Assembly (NCBI GenBank): GCA_902623685.1
Contig: CACNUQ010000005.1
Coordinates: 44-64,043 of the forward strand
Source: an uncultured SAR86 cluster bacterium
GTDB taxonomy: Bacteria > Pseudomonadota > Gammaproteobacteria > Magnimaribacterales > D2472
DNA: 64,000 bases
Reading direction: 5' to 3'
In this document: piece by piece, positions 56,413 to 64,000 of the stretch
How the letters are laid out: every line of letters begins with the position of its first letter
How positions within the stretch are numbered: the stretch's first letter is position 1
Translations under genes and position numbers: made by a program
The notes under the pieces: model-generated
Databases searched by the model: none
The model's input: the letters and a program-made list of their open reading frames with translations, nothing else
Told to the model about the DNA's origin: nothing

Positions 56413-58694
56413 AATATTTCCAATATAGAGTTTTTATCAAAATAAAGTTGATTGATACAATTCAAGCTAGATATCTTTAAAATTGCTCCAAAAAATTCTT
56501 GTTTTTTTTGAAATGCTTCCGCGCATTTTTGAGAATCTTCTGCATTTAGAGAATCAATATATGTTTTTGAAGAATCTTTGGAAGAAATTCCTACATTTGA
56601 ATTAATTATCTCTATTAAAGAAGCATTGAATGTAGATTGCTCTCCAACAGACACTCCTTTATCACCGCAATTTTTAAAAATTGCACTTTCAATTTTATAA
56701 ATGCCTTTACTAAAATCAGAACAGTCATTTTTAGCATTAAAGACAGATAGCTTTGTTATTTCAATATTTGAAAAGTCCACATCTAGGCCATCTGCACTTG
56801 CATTGAGGATTTCTAAATTATTAATAATTCCATCACTGCCCACAATATTTATTACATCCTCACAAATTGAAAATTGTCCATTTGCCTTTATCTTTGTTGC
56901 TTTAAAACGTGCATTATAAAAAGTGAGACAACCAGTTACCCCAAATGAATTCATTCTACTACCGATATTATTCTTTTCTGCATTCACTAGATTTGATTCA
57001 AGGATAATGCTTGTATTTTCTAAATTGCTTTCTCTAATTATTATCCAGTCATTTATGTTATTTAAATTTATATAAAGCTCGCCTTTTTCTTCACTAAAAA
57101 AGGCACCTGCAGTAGCAGTCATCTCAATATTAATTAAGCCATCAAGAAATGATTTTGAAATAATAGGATCTCTGGTAATTTTTGGCGGCTCAATGAAGAG
57201 TGGGCTGTCATAATCAATATTTAAAAATTTTTTTCTTTCTAATAATTTTCCAACCATAGAAAAATCCAAGAGCTGTTCGTCACAACCTTTATTGTCTATT
57301 CTACATATTGAAGCAAGTAGCTTTTTTTCATCATGATTCATATGTCCATTTTGTACTTTTACAATATATGAATTAGGAATTGAAGATCTGACATTATTTT
57401 GAAAATTTTCTAAAGGAGATATTTTTTCAAATGAATCTAGTTTGTCGTTTTCAAGATTTAGAAGAAACTTTTTATGCATTTCATGTAGTCTTATAATCTT
57501 TTCAATTGTTTTTTCAAGAATTATTTCGGACTCCTTTAGGGTAAGTTTAAAATTATTACCTTCAGTAGATTTTGTTAGTTTTTTTGGTGTAATGAGTCTG
57601 ATTTGTTCCAATAATTCGGAAAAGTGCCTACTTTCTAAATATGGATAGAAGTGAAAAGATGGAATATACCTCAACCATTGAGTATTTATATCTCTAGGAT
57701 TGCCATCAAAATATATTGGCTCTACTCCATTTTCTAAAGCATTAAAATAGAATTTTCTATTGTGTGGTCGAAGAGCATGAAAACTGTTTGTTGAAAAGAG
57801 CAAAATCTCATATGCAGCCCACTTATCAATAAATTTTTTATTGTCTAATGAAAGAATTTTCCAATCTAATACATAATTATCTTCAAAATCCCTGCCATAC
57901 TTCATGTATGCTTCCTGAAGAATGGAGAATGAATCAAGTGCCATTACTGAGGTAGCATCGTTACTGGATGCCCAATTATCATTTGTGATTTTTGCTAGAG
58001 AAATATTCTCTAGATCAAGATGGGATGTATCAGAAGTTTGAATTCTATAATTATTGAATAAAAATCTTTCATCTCCTTCAAATAAAGGGCCTTCTCTTCT
58101 ATTCATACTTTCAAGAAGTTCTTTTGCAGTTTTTTCTTGAAATAGCATTTGGGAATCTACGCCATTAATTATTACATTTACTAGAGAGGTTCTAGGAGAT
58201 AAGAAGTCTAAAAGCCTCAACATTGATGTAAGAATGATTTCATTTTCATAACGTCTAGTCGCAGGAAGTAGTAATTTAAATTTTATGATGTTGGCTATTG
58301 ATCCATTTAGCAAAGAAACATCAACGCTTTGATTTAGTAGTCCACCTTCCTCAAAATTTATATGATCTTTCCAATCTCCATGCAGTCTGATTTTTGCATC
58401 ATGAATACATTTGCCAAAATCATAGTTTACTGAAACTGTTCCTAAGAACCGTTTTTTGTATTCTGAGGTAATAGATGAATTTCTTGATATGAACGCCTCT
58501 AATGTATTTGTTGTCCACTTTCTATAGTTATTTATATTAATCTCTATTGAATTTATGCTGTCAAGAGAACTTAATTCATCTAAATATTTGCCAGTACTAA
58601 AATCACAATTTCCTAGGTTATTTGCGTTTATATTGAATGCAAAAAGCAATAGGAGGTAAAAAAAAGTATTTTTTAAATTAAAAGTTAATGGCAT
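56409..58694 (-). CDS. Secreted CotH-like (atypical kinase fold) protein with a C-terminal parallel beta-helix-like repeat region
   Basis: Signal peptide (FFYLLLLFAFNINA). The CotH-like order of elements is IRLHGDWKDH, KFKLLLP...ENEIILTSMLRLLDFLSPRTSLVNVIINGVDSQMLFQEK, then HNRKFYFN...PIYFDGN. The C-terminal 200 aa has repeated short N/D/G-rich strands (NASADGLDVDFSN, NAKNDCSDFSKG, NCGDKGVSVGE, NSNVGISSKD). Confidence 0.5.
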   Translation of the reverse strand: MPLTFNLKNTFFYLLLLFAFNINANNLGNCDFSTGKYLDELSSLDSINSIEININNYRKWTTNTLEAFISRNSSITSEYKKRFLGTVSVNYDFGKCIHDAKIRLHGDWKDHINFEEGGLLNQSVDVSLLNGSIANIIKFKLLLPATRRYENEIILTSMLRLLDFLSPRTSLVNVIINGVDSQMLFQEKTAKELLESMNRREGPLFEGDERFLFNNYRIQTSDTSHLDLENISLAKITNDNWASSNDATSVMALDSFSILQEAYMKYGRDFEDNYVLDWKILSLDNKKFIDKWAAYEILLFSTNSFHALRPHNRKFYFNALENGVEPIYFDGNPRDINTQWLRYIPSFHFYPYLESRHFSELLEQIRLITPKKLTKSTEGNNFKLTLKESEIILEKTIEKIIRLHEMHKKFLLNLENDKLDSFEKISPLENFQNNVRSSIPNSYIVKVQNGHMNHDEKKLLASICRIDNKGCDEQLLDFSMVGKLLERKKFLNIDYDSPLFIEPPKITRDPIISKSFLDGLINIEMTATAGAFFSEEKGELYINLNNINDWIIIRESNLENTSIILESNLVNAEKNNIGSRMNSFGVTGCLTFYNARFKATKIKANGQFSICEDVINIVGSDGIINNLEILNASADGLDVDFSNIEITKLSVFNAKNDCSDFSKGIYKIESAIFKNCGDKGVSVGEQSTFNASLIEIINSNVGISSKDSSKTYIDSLNAEDSQKCAEAFQKKQEFFGAILKISSLNCINQLYFDKNSILEIL

Positions 58695-58701
58695 GGAACC
58701 A

Positions 58702-59340
58702 TTATCCTGCTGAGAATTTAATGTCTATTATTTCGGGATTCTCTTGATAATGTTTTGAAATTTGCTTGAGATTAGATGATTGATTTGATGAGAGTCTATA
58801 AACATATCCATTTGAATCTTTTCCAAAAGAGATCAGCATATCACTATTGAAAAGATCATCATTTTTAGTTTTAGAAGTAATTTCCAATATATTTGAGGAG
58901 TTTCCCTCTGAAAATGAAGTTTCAAAAAGTTTTTTATTAAAAGAGGTGCCTAAAATAATATTTGCGAAATAAGCAGTTATTATCAAAATATTACTAGTCA
59001 TCCCTAGAATTATCAGCCATCTGATGTCAGCAGCGGCACATATACCTAATGACAACATTAAAAAAAATATTACTAACTCAAATGATGATCTAACAGGGTT
59101 TCTAAATCTAACAATTGATAAAGCCCCGATCATTCCAAGAGATAGAGCAATATTTCCAGAAATAACACTTGTAATAGCGAAGGTAATTATCGGCAGCAAC
59201 ACCAGAGTCATAGTGCCAGAAAATGTTTTTATCCAGTTTTGATGATGAATTCCTACAGACGCCCTAGTTAAAAGAGCAAAAAATATTAAAACTACTATGG
59301 CTTCGATTTTATCTTGATTAAGAAGAATATAGTCGATCAT
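58702..59340 (-). CDS. DUF4956-like membrane protein
   Basis: 212 aa with four hydrophobic helices containing GALSIVRFRNPVRSSFELVIFF, then a soluble tail. This matches my memory of DUF4956, which is usually found next to VTC and CotH genes. Confidence 0.5.
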   Translation of the reverse strand: MIDYILLNQDKIEAIVVLIFFALLTRASVGIHHQNWIKTFSGTMTLVLLPIITFAITSVISGNIALSLGMIGALSIVRFRNPVRSSFELVIFFLMLSLGICAAADIRWLIILGMTSNILIITAYFANIILGTSFNKKLFETSFSEGNSSNILEITSKTKNDDLFNSDMLISFGKDSNGYVYRLSSNQSSNLKQISKHYQENPEIIDIKFSAG

Positions 59341-59410
59341 CTGAGAAGCAAAAAAACTTTATCGTTAATTTTTAATCTTTAATTTATAATTACAGGAATT
59401 ATATATAACT

Positions 59411-60064
59411 ATGAATGTAACTCAAGCAGTCAACCAGCGGAGCTCCATTAGGGCATTCCTTGATAAGCCTGTATCAAACGCTTTAATTAAACAGTTGCTT
59501 ATTAAAGCATCAAGAAGTCCGTCTGGAGGTAATTTACAGCCATGGAAAATATATGTAATTAATGATCTATCAATGAAAAATTTTCTTGAGTTTCAAAAGA
59601 ATTGGAATAAACCTGAAACTCCTCCATATGAAATATATCCACCAAAATTAAAGGAACCATACAGAACATCGCGTTATGAGTTAGGCGAACAGATGTATGA
59701 TTTATTGGGTATTCCAAGAGAGGACAAGGATGCAAGAATAGCGCAAGTTCTTAAAAATTATGAATTTTTTGGTGCTCCATGTGCCTTTTTTTGTTTTGTT
59801 GATCCTCAAATGGGATCTCCACAGTGGTCAGATTTAGGAATGTTTCTTCAAACATTTATGCTTTTAGCTAAGGAGGCTGGATTAGATACCTGTGCTCAAG
59901 AGGCATGGTCACTTAAAAATGATAGTGTTTCTGAATTTGTAAATTCTGACGCAGGAGACATACTATTTTGTGGAATGTCTATTGGATTTAAGGATGAGAG
60001 TGAGCCAATTAATTCTCTAAGATCAGAAAGACGACCATTAGAGGAATGGGCTAAATTTTTATAG
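59411..60064 (+). CDS. Nitroreductase-family flavoprotein
   Basis: RSSIRAFLDKPV, ASRSPSGGNLQPW and a C-terminal GMSIGF pattern. 217 aa. Confidence 0.8.
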   Translation: MNVTQAVNQRSSIRAFLDKPVSNALIKQLLIKASRSPSGGNLQPWKIYVINDLSMKNFLEFQKNWNKPETPPYEIYPPKLKEPYRTSRYELGEQMYDLLGIPREDKDARIAQVLKNYEFFGAPCAFFCFVDPQMGSPQWSDLGMFLQTFMLLAKEAGLDTCAQEAWSLKNDSVSEFVNSDAGDILFCGMSIGFKDESEPINSLRSERRPLEEWAKFL

Positions 60065-60086
60065 TTCTTATTTGTATATAATTAAT

Positions 60087-60548
60087 ATGACTATAGAACA
60101 TTTTATGTCTCAAGCAATGATTCTTGCAAAAAGGGCATTTGCAAATAACGAAGTCCCAGTTGGAGCCATAATTGTTAAGGATAATAAAATTATTGGCAGT
60201 GGCTTTAATCAAGTCATCAAAAAAAATTCAGTGTCTGCTCATGCCGAAATCATTGCCATCAATAATGCTAGTAAATTTTTAAATAATTATCGATTAAATA
60301 ATTGTGATATGTATGTAACCTTAGAACCATGTCACATGTGTTCAAAAGCCATCGTCGATGCAAGAATTAATTGTTTGTACTTCGGCGCTACTGAGCCAAA
60401 AACTGGAGCTATTGAATCCATAGATAAATTCCTAGCTAGAGAGGATTTAAACCATAGAGTCGATTTTAGTGGCGGTCATTTAGCAGATGATTCTTCTCTT
60501 TTGCTGAAAAATTTCTTTCAATCCAAAAGATTGAAAGTTAACTATTAA
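60087..60548 (+). CDS. tadA: tRNA adenosine(34) deaminase
   Basis: CDA fold zinc motifs HAEIIAI and LEPCHMCSKA, and EVPVGAIIV. The ATG at 60087 is preferred over the TTG at 60072. Confidence 0.9.
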   Translation: MTIEHFMSQAMILAKRAFANNEVPVGAIIVKDNKIIGSGFNQVIKKNSVSAHAEIIAINNASKFLNNYRLNNCDMYVTLEPCHMCSKAIVDARINCLYFGATEPKTGAIESIDKFLAREDLNHRVDFSGGHLADDSSLLLKNFFQSKRLKVNY

Positions 60549-60562
60549 AAATCTTTTAAATT

Positions 60563-61372
60563 CTACTTTAACTCAATCCAAATTGGACAATGATCTGAAG
60601 GCTTTTCCATTGATCTTGCCTCATAATCAATACCTGTTTTAGTCATTGAAGCTTTTAGATTTTCTGAAATGAGAATGTGATCAATTCTCAAGCCTCTTTT
60701 TGGATTATCATCAAACATTCTTGATCTGTAATCAAACCATGAATAAATTGATCCTTCATTAGGATTCTGATTTCTCCAAGAGTCAATAAAGCCTAGATTT
60801 TTAATCTGATTCCACATTTCAATTTCTTCTGGAAGGAATGCTGTTTTTCCATCTCTGAGCCATCTTTTGGCATTAACTTCACCGATCCCAATATCTAATT
60901 CAGTTGGGGCAACATTAAAATCACCCATTACTATGATATTTTCTTCTGTTTTCTGAATTTTTTTAATATGCTTCTTTAGATCATTATAGAATTTTATTTT
61001 TTTTGGAAATTTTGTTTCATGAGATCTATTCTCACCTTGGGGAAAATACCCATTTAAGATAACAATTTTTTGTTTTTTCCATTTAAAAGTGGCTTGAATA
61101 AAACGCTTTTGATCATCAATTTTATCATTTGAAAACCCCTTAACTATCTCATATGGCTTTTCTTTGCTTAATATTGCTACTCCATAGTGACCTTTTTGTC
61201 CCCAAAATTCAGGATGGTATCCAATCTCTTTTATTTCATCTATTGGAAACTCAGGATCATTTACTTTTGTTTCTTGAATTCCAATAACATCTGGATTGAG
61301 AGTATCTCTAATATGAATTAACTGGTGGGGGCGTGCTCTAATACTATTAATATTGAATGATACAATTTTCAT
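60563..61372 (-). CDS. xthA: Exodeoxyribonuclease III
   Basis: MKIVSFNINSIRAR, IGIQETK, GDFNVAP, LRIDHILIS and SDHCPIW motifs of the ExoIII/AP endonuclease family. Confidence 0.93.
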   Translation of the reverse strand: MKIVSFNINSIRARPHQLIHIRDTLNPDVIGIQETKVNDPEFPIDEIKEIGYHPEFWGQKGHYGVAILSKEKPYEIVKGFSNDKIDDQKRFIQATFKWKKQKIVILNGYFPQGENRSHETKFPKKIKFYNDLKKHIKKIQKTEENIIVMGDFNVAPTELDIGIGEVNAKRWLRDGKTAFLPEEIEMWNQIKNLGFIDSWRNQNPNEGSIYSWFDYRSRMFDDNPKRGLRIDHILISENLKASMTKTGIDYEARSMEKPSDHCPIWIELK

Positions 61373-61375
61373 ATT

Positions 61376-63487
61376 TCAAGAAGCCTTTGTTAGATAAATA
61401 CTCTGATTGAATATTGTGAAGTCAGTAAGAATTTGAGTGCCTTCATTTAAAATATAATCATCATCAAGATTAATTTTAATTATTTCATCTTCCTCTTTTT
61501 TTAGCTCATTGTAATCTTCCATAGCCTGAAAAGAAGTAAAAATTTCTAAATCAAGAGAGGAACGTCTTTTATTTTCTATATCCAATGCCCATATTTGCCT
61601 TTCTTCTTTTTCAAGCTTTCTATTTTCTATATTCAAAGAAACTACATCTTTATTTTTTTGCTCTTCATATCTTTTTCTGATGCTAAGGATATATTGTAAA
61701 TTTGGATTTTTTTTGACTCTTAAAAGATGCTCATCTCTTAAGGTTGAAATTAATGAGGGATCCATAGAAAATTTTCGATAACGAATTGGTTTGATCTCAT
61801 CCCATGGAAGGGCGCTTTCGTATGAACTTTCACCCACTTCTTCAATATCCCAAGTGCTTGGTAAAACTATATCTGGATGAATTCCTTTATTTTGCATTCC
61901 TGAGCCTGTAATTCGATAGAACTTTGACTCGGTGATTTTAATTTGTCCCGAGCTTAAATCATCTAATTTTTGAACTGTTCCTTTTCCAAATGTTTGTTGA
62001 CCGATTATTATTCCTCTCTGATAATCCTGAATTGCTCCTGCAAATATTTCTGATGCAGATGCAGAATATCTATCAACCATGACTGCTAAAGGTTTTTTCC
62101 AAAGATGCCTAGCTCTAGCATCGCCCATTGATCTAATGCTGCCATCACTTTCTTTTACTTGTAATGTTGCGCCTGGAGAAATAAATAGTCCAACTAATTT
62201 ATTTGCTTCGTAAAGTGATCCGCCAGAATTACCTCTTAAATCAATTAAAACCGCATCAACTTTTTGTTGATTGAATGTATTAAGTATTCTTTCTACGTCT
62301 CCTGAACTACTTCTAAAATTAGGATCTCTATTTCGCCATGCATTGAAGTCAATGTAGAATGCAGGTAAATCAATTATCCCGATCTTAATTGTTTGCAAAT
62401 TTCTTTGAACCTCAATAATTCTAGACTGCGCTGCTTGCTCTTCTAACTTCACTTCTTCTCGGGTAATTGTTACAAATTTTCTTTCGCTAAAATCTTCTGT
62501 TTTTGCTGGTATAAGTTCTAACTTAACTCTTGTGCCTGCTTTTCCTCTGATTAATTGAACCACTTCATCAATTCTCCATCCCACAACATCAACAGGAACT
62601 TTATCTAATTTATCAATTTGAGATATTTTGACTATTTTGTCATCGGGATGAATATTTTTAGTTTTCTCAGCAGGACCACCAGGCACAACACTCACTATGG
62701 TTGGATAGTCATCCTCCGTAGTTAATAAAGCTCCTATTCCCTCAAGCTTTAAGCTCATATTCATTTCAAAATCCTCAGCTGATTTTGGTGAGAAGTATGA
62801 AGAATGAGGATCAAAAAAAGATGTTAAATTATTCATCGAAATTGAAAAAATATCTTCTTCGTTTCTTTGTGAAATTCGTCTAAGTCTATTTTTATATCTT
62901 TTTTCTACGGTTTCAGTTGCCTCATCAAGGTTTTCATCTGCAAGGATAGAAGTTAGTACATCATTTTTAGAAAGTTTCCTCCATGATTTTTTTAATTCAT
63001 ATTTATTTTTTTTCCATTGTTTCTTCTTGTCATCAATTACAATTTTTTCATCACTGGTAAAATCAAAATTCTTTTTGGTGACCTCTTTCAGTTGATAATT
63101 CGTTGCTTCTATAAGTCTATTAAAATAAAGATTAATAAACTTAAAACTCGATTCTAAATTTATTGAGCACAATGGCGATTTTGTATATTTTTTCTCATAA
63201 TTTAAAGGATCATCAAATTTAGAAAATTTTCTTCTAAATGAATCGATTTCATGCTTAGTAAAATATATTTTTTCAGCATCGAGTTGCTCTATTAATGAAT
63301 CAAATACTTCAGAATTAATTGCACTTAAATCTTTATCATTAAAAAAGTGCTCTTGAGTCATCTTTAAAAAAATTTCCTGACAGAGTCTTTGCTTTTCAAC
63401 TGACGTAGGTATATTTATTTTTGCCTCAGAATTAATGCTCAGCAAAACTATCGCAAGCAAGCTCAGGGCTTTTTTCTGTTTATACAA
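61376..63487 (-). CDS. prc: Carboxy-terminal processing (tail-specific) protease
   Basis: Signal peptide, PDZ region (GIGALLT...VSVVPGGPAEK) and S41 catalytic region (IDLRGNSGGSL, SASASEIFAGAIQDY, GQQTFGKGTVQ). 703 aa. Confidence 0.9.
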   Translation of the reverse strand: MYKQKKALSLLAIVLLSINSEAKINIPTSVEKQRLCQEIFLKMTQEHFFNDKDLSAINSEVFDSLIEQLDAEKIYFTKHEIDSFRRKFSKFDDPLNYEKKYTKSPLCSINLESSFKFINLYFNRLIEATNYQLKEVTKKNFDFTSDEKIVIDDKKKQWKKNKYELKKSWRKLSKNDVLTSILADENLDEATETVEKRYKNRLRRISQRNEEDIFSISMNNLTSFFDPHSSYFSPKSAEDFEMNMSLKLEGIGALLTTEDDYPTIVSVVPGGPAEKTKNIHPDDKIVKISQIDKLDKVPVDVVGWRIDEVVQLIRGKAGTRVKLELIPAKTEDFSERKFVTITREEVKLEEQAAQSRIIEVQRNLQTIKIGIIDLPAFYIDFNAWRNRDPNFRSSSGDVERILNTFNQQKVDAVLIDLRGNSGGSLYEANKLVGLFISPGATLQVKESDGSIRSMGDARARHLWKKPLAVMVDRYSASASEIFAGAIQDYQRGIIIGQQTFGKGTVQKLDDLSSGQIKITESKFYRITGSGMQNKGIHPDIVLPSTWDIEEVGESSYESALPWDEIKPIRYRKFSMDPSLISTLRDEHLLRVKKNPNLQYILSIRKRYEEQKNKDVVSLNIENRKLEKEERQIWALDIENKRRSSLDLEIFTSFQAMEDYNELKKEEDEIIKINLDDDYILNEGTQILTDFTIFNQSIYLTKAS

Positions 63488-63515
63488 GATAATTAATTTA
63501 CAATATTTGTTAATA

Positions 63516-64000
63516 ATGAATGCTAACTATATAGAATTTTACTTTGACTGTTCAAGTCCTTGGACATATTTAGCATTCATTGAAATTTTATCATTATCAC
63601 GAAGACATGAGCTAGAAATTGAGTGGAATCCAGTCCTAGTTGGAGGAGTTTTTAATGCGGTCAATCAAGATGTATATGAGTTTAGGAAAAAACCTAACCC
63701 TTTAAAGCTTAACTATTCAAATGATGACTTGCATTTATGGTCAAAGGTAAGGGGAATAAGCATAAGTTTTCCAGAAGTTTTTCCAGTTAATTCAGTAAGG
63801 GCGATGCGTGGTTGCTTGTATGCTAAAAAGGAAAATCAATTGATTGAGTTTGCTAATAATTTATTTAAAGCTTATTGGGGCGAGGGTAAAGATATTAGTC
63901 AAGAAGACTTATTGGTAAGAATTGCTGAAAATTCAAACTTAGATACTGAAGAATTTAAAAAATTTATAGCTTCACAAGAGGCCAAAGATCTGTTGATAAA
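63516..64000 (+). CDS. 2-hydroxychromene-2-carboxylate isomerase / DsbA-like thioredoxin-fold protein (3' partial)
   Basis: This ORF is not in the supplied track because it runs off the window. My translation is MNANYIEFYFDCSSPWTYLAFIEIL...WNPVLVGGVFNAVN.... The FYFDxxSPWxYL N-terminus is typical of the HCCA isomerase family. Confidence 0.7.
   Translation, partial: MNANYIEFYFDCSSPWTYLAFIEILSLSRRHELEIEWNPVLVGGVFNAVNQDVYEFRKKPNPLKLNYSNDDLHLWSKVRGISISFPEVFPVNSVRAMRGCLYAKKENQLIEFANNLFKAYWGEGKDISQEDLLVRIAENSNLDTEEFKKFIASQEAKDLLI

Noticed and set aside
39500-59340. Search for integrase, transposase, IS ends or direct repeats that would define the glycan island as a mobile element
   Set aside because: I recognised none on either strand. 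The only boundary mark is the guaA relic at the left end. I could not find a matching repeat at 55.8-59.4 kb by eye, and a computational repeat search is needed.

Overview
The window is a gene-dense, AT-rich bacterial chromosome segment of about 60 genes. It has short or overlapping intergenic gaps and many TTG or GTG starts. The proteins look proteobacterial, possibly from a streamlined marine gammaproteobacterium, but that is only a guess from composition and gene content. I saw no rRNA, CRISPR array, transposase, integrase or phage genes.

Content from left to right:
1. A Wza-like/YjbH/YjbF exopolysaccharide export set (1-5455).
2. A secreted protein carrying a (PAPT)n tandem repeat, followed by tRNA-Pro(GGG).
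3. A small oxidative and hydrolytic cluster (6.7-15.2 kb): LLM oxidoreductase, SDR, HsaA-like monooxygenase, two tandem type-B carboxylesterases and a DUF3604 lipoprotein.
4. A glycan locus (15.7-25 kb) with an initiating phosphoglycosyl transferase, a PglF/CapD-like dehydratase and a six-gene block. The block's enzyme logic parallels the CMP-Kdo pathway but uses an HpcH-type aldolase and an IMPase-type phosphatase.
5. Core genes: phrB, an aldehyde dehydrogenase, fumC, phhB, guaB, an NCS2 purine permease, a TonB-dependent receptor, a phosphoribosyltransferase, guaA and guaC.
6. A decayed second copy of the guaA 3' end (39278-39487).
7. A visibly more AT-rich glycan island (39.5-55.8 kb) directly after that relic. 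It contains a full homologue set of the mycobacterial decaprenyl-phospho-arabinofuranose pathway: a HAD-UbiA fusion, DprE1-like, DprE2-like, GtrA and a polytopic GT-C-like protein. It also carries three methyltransferases, a deacetylase, several glycosyltransferases and a flippase.
8. A minus-strand operon of DUF4956, a secreted CotH-like protein and a VTC/TTM-domain protein (55.8-59.3 kb).
9. Housekeeping genes: a nitroreductase, tadA, xthA, prc and a partial HCCA-isomerase/DsbA-like gene.

The leads most worth following are the arabinofuranose-type lipid-sugar module, the DUF4956/CotH/VTC operon, the guaA relic as a recombination scar, and the Kdo-pathway analogue. All family assignments come from motif recognition by eye and need HMM or BLAST confirmation.
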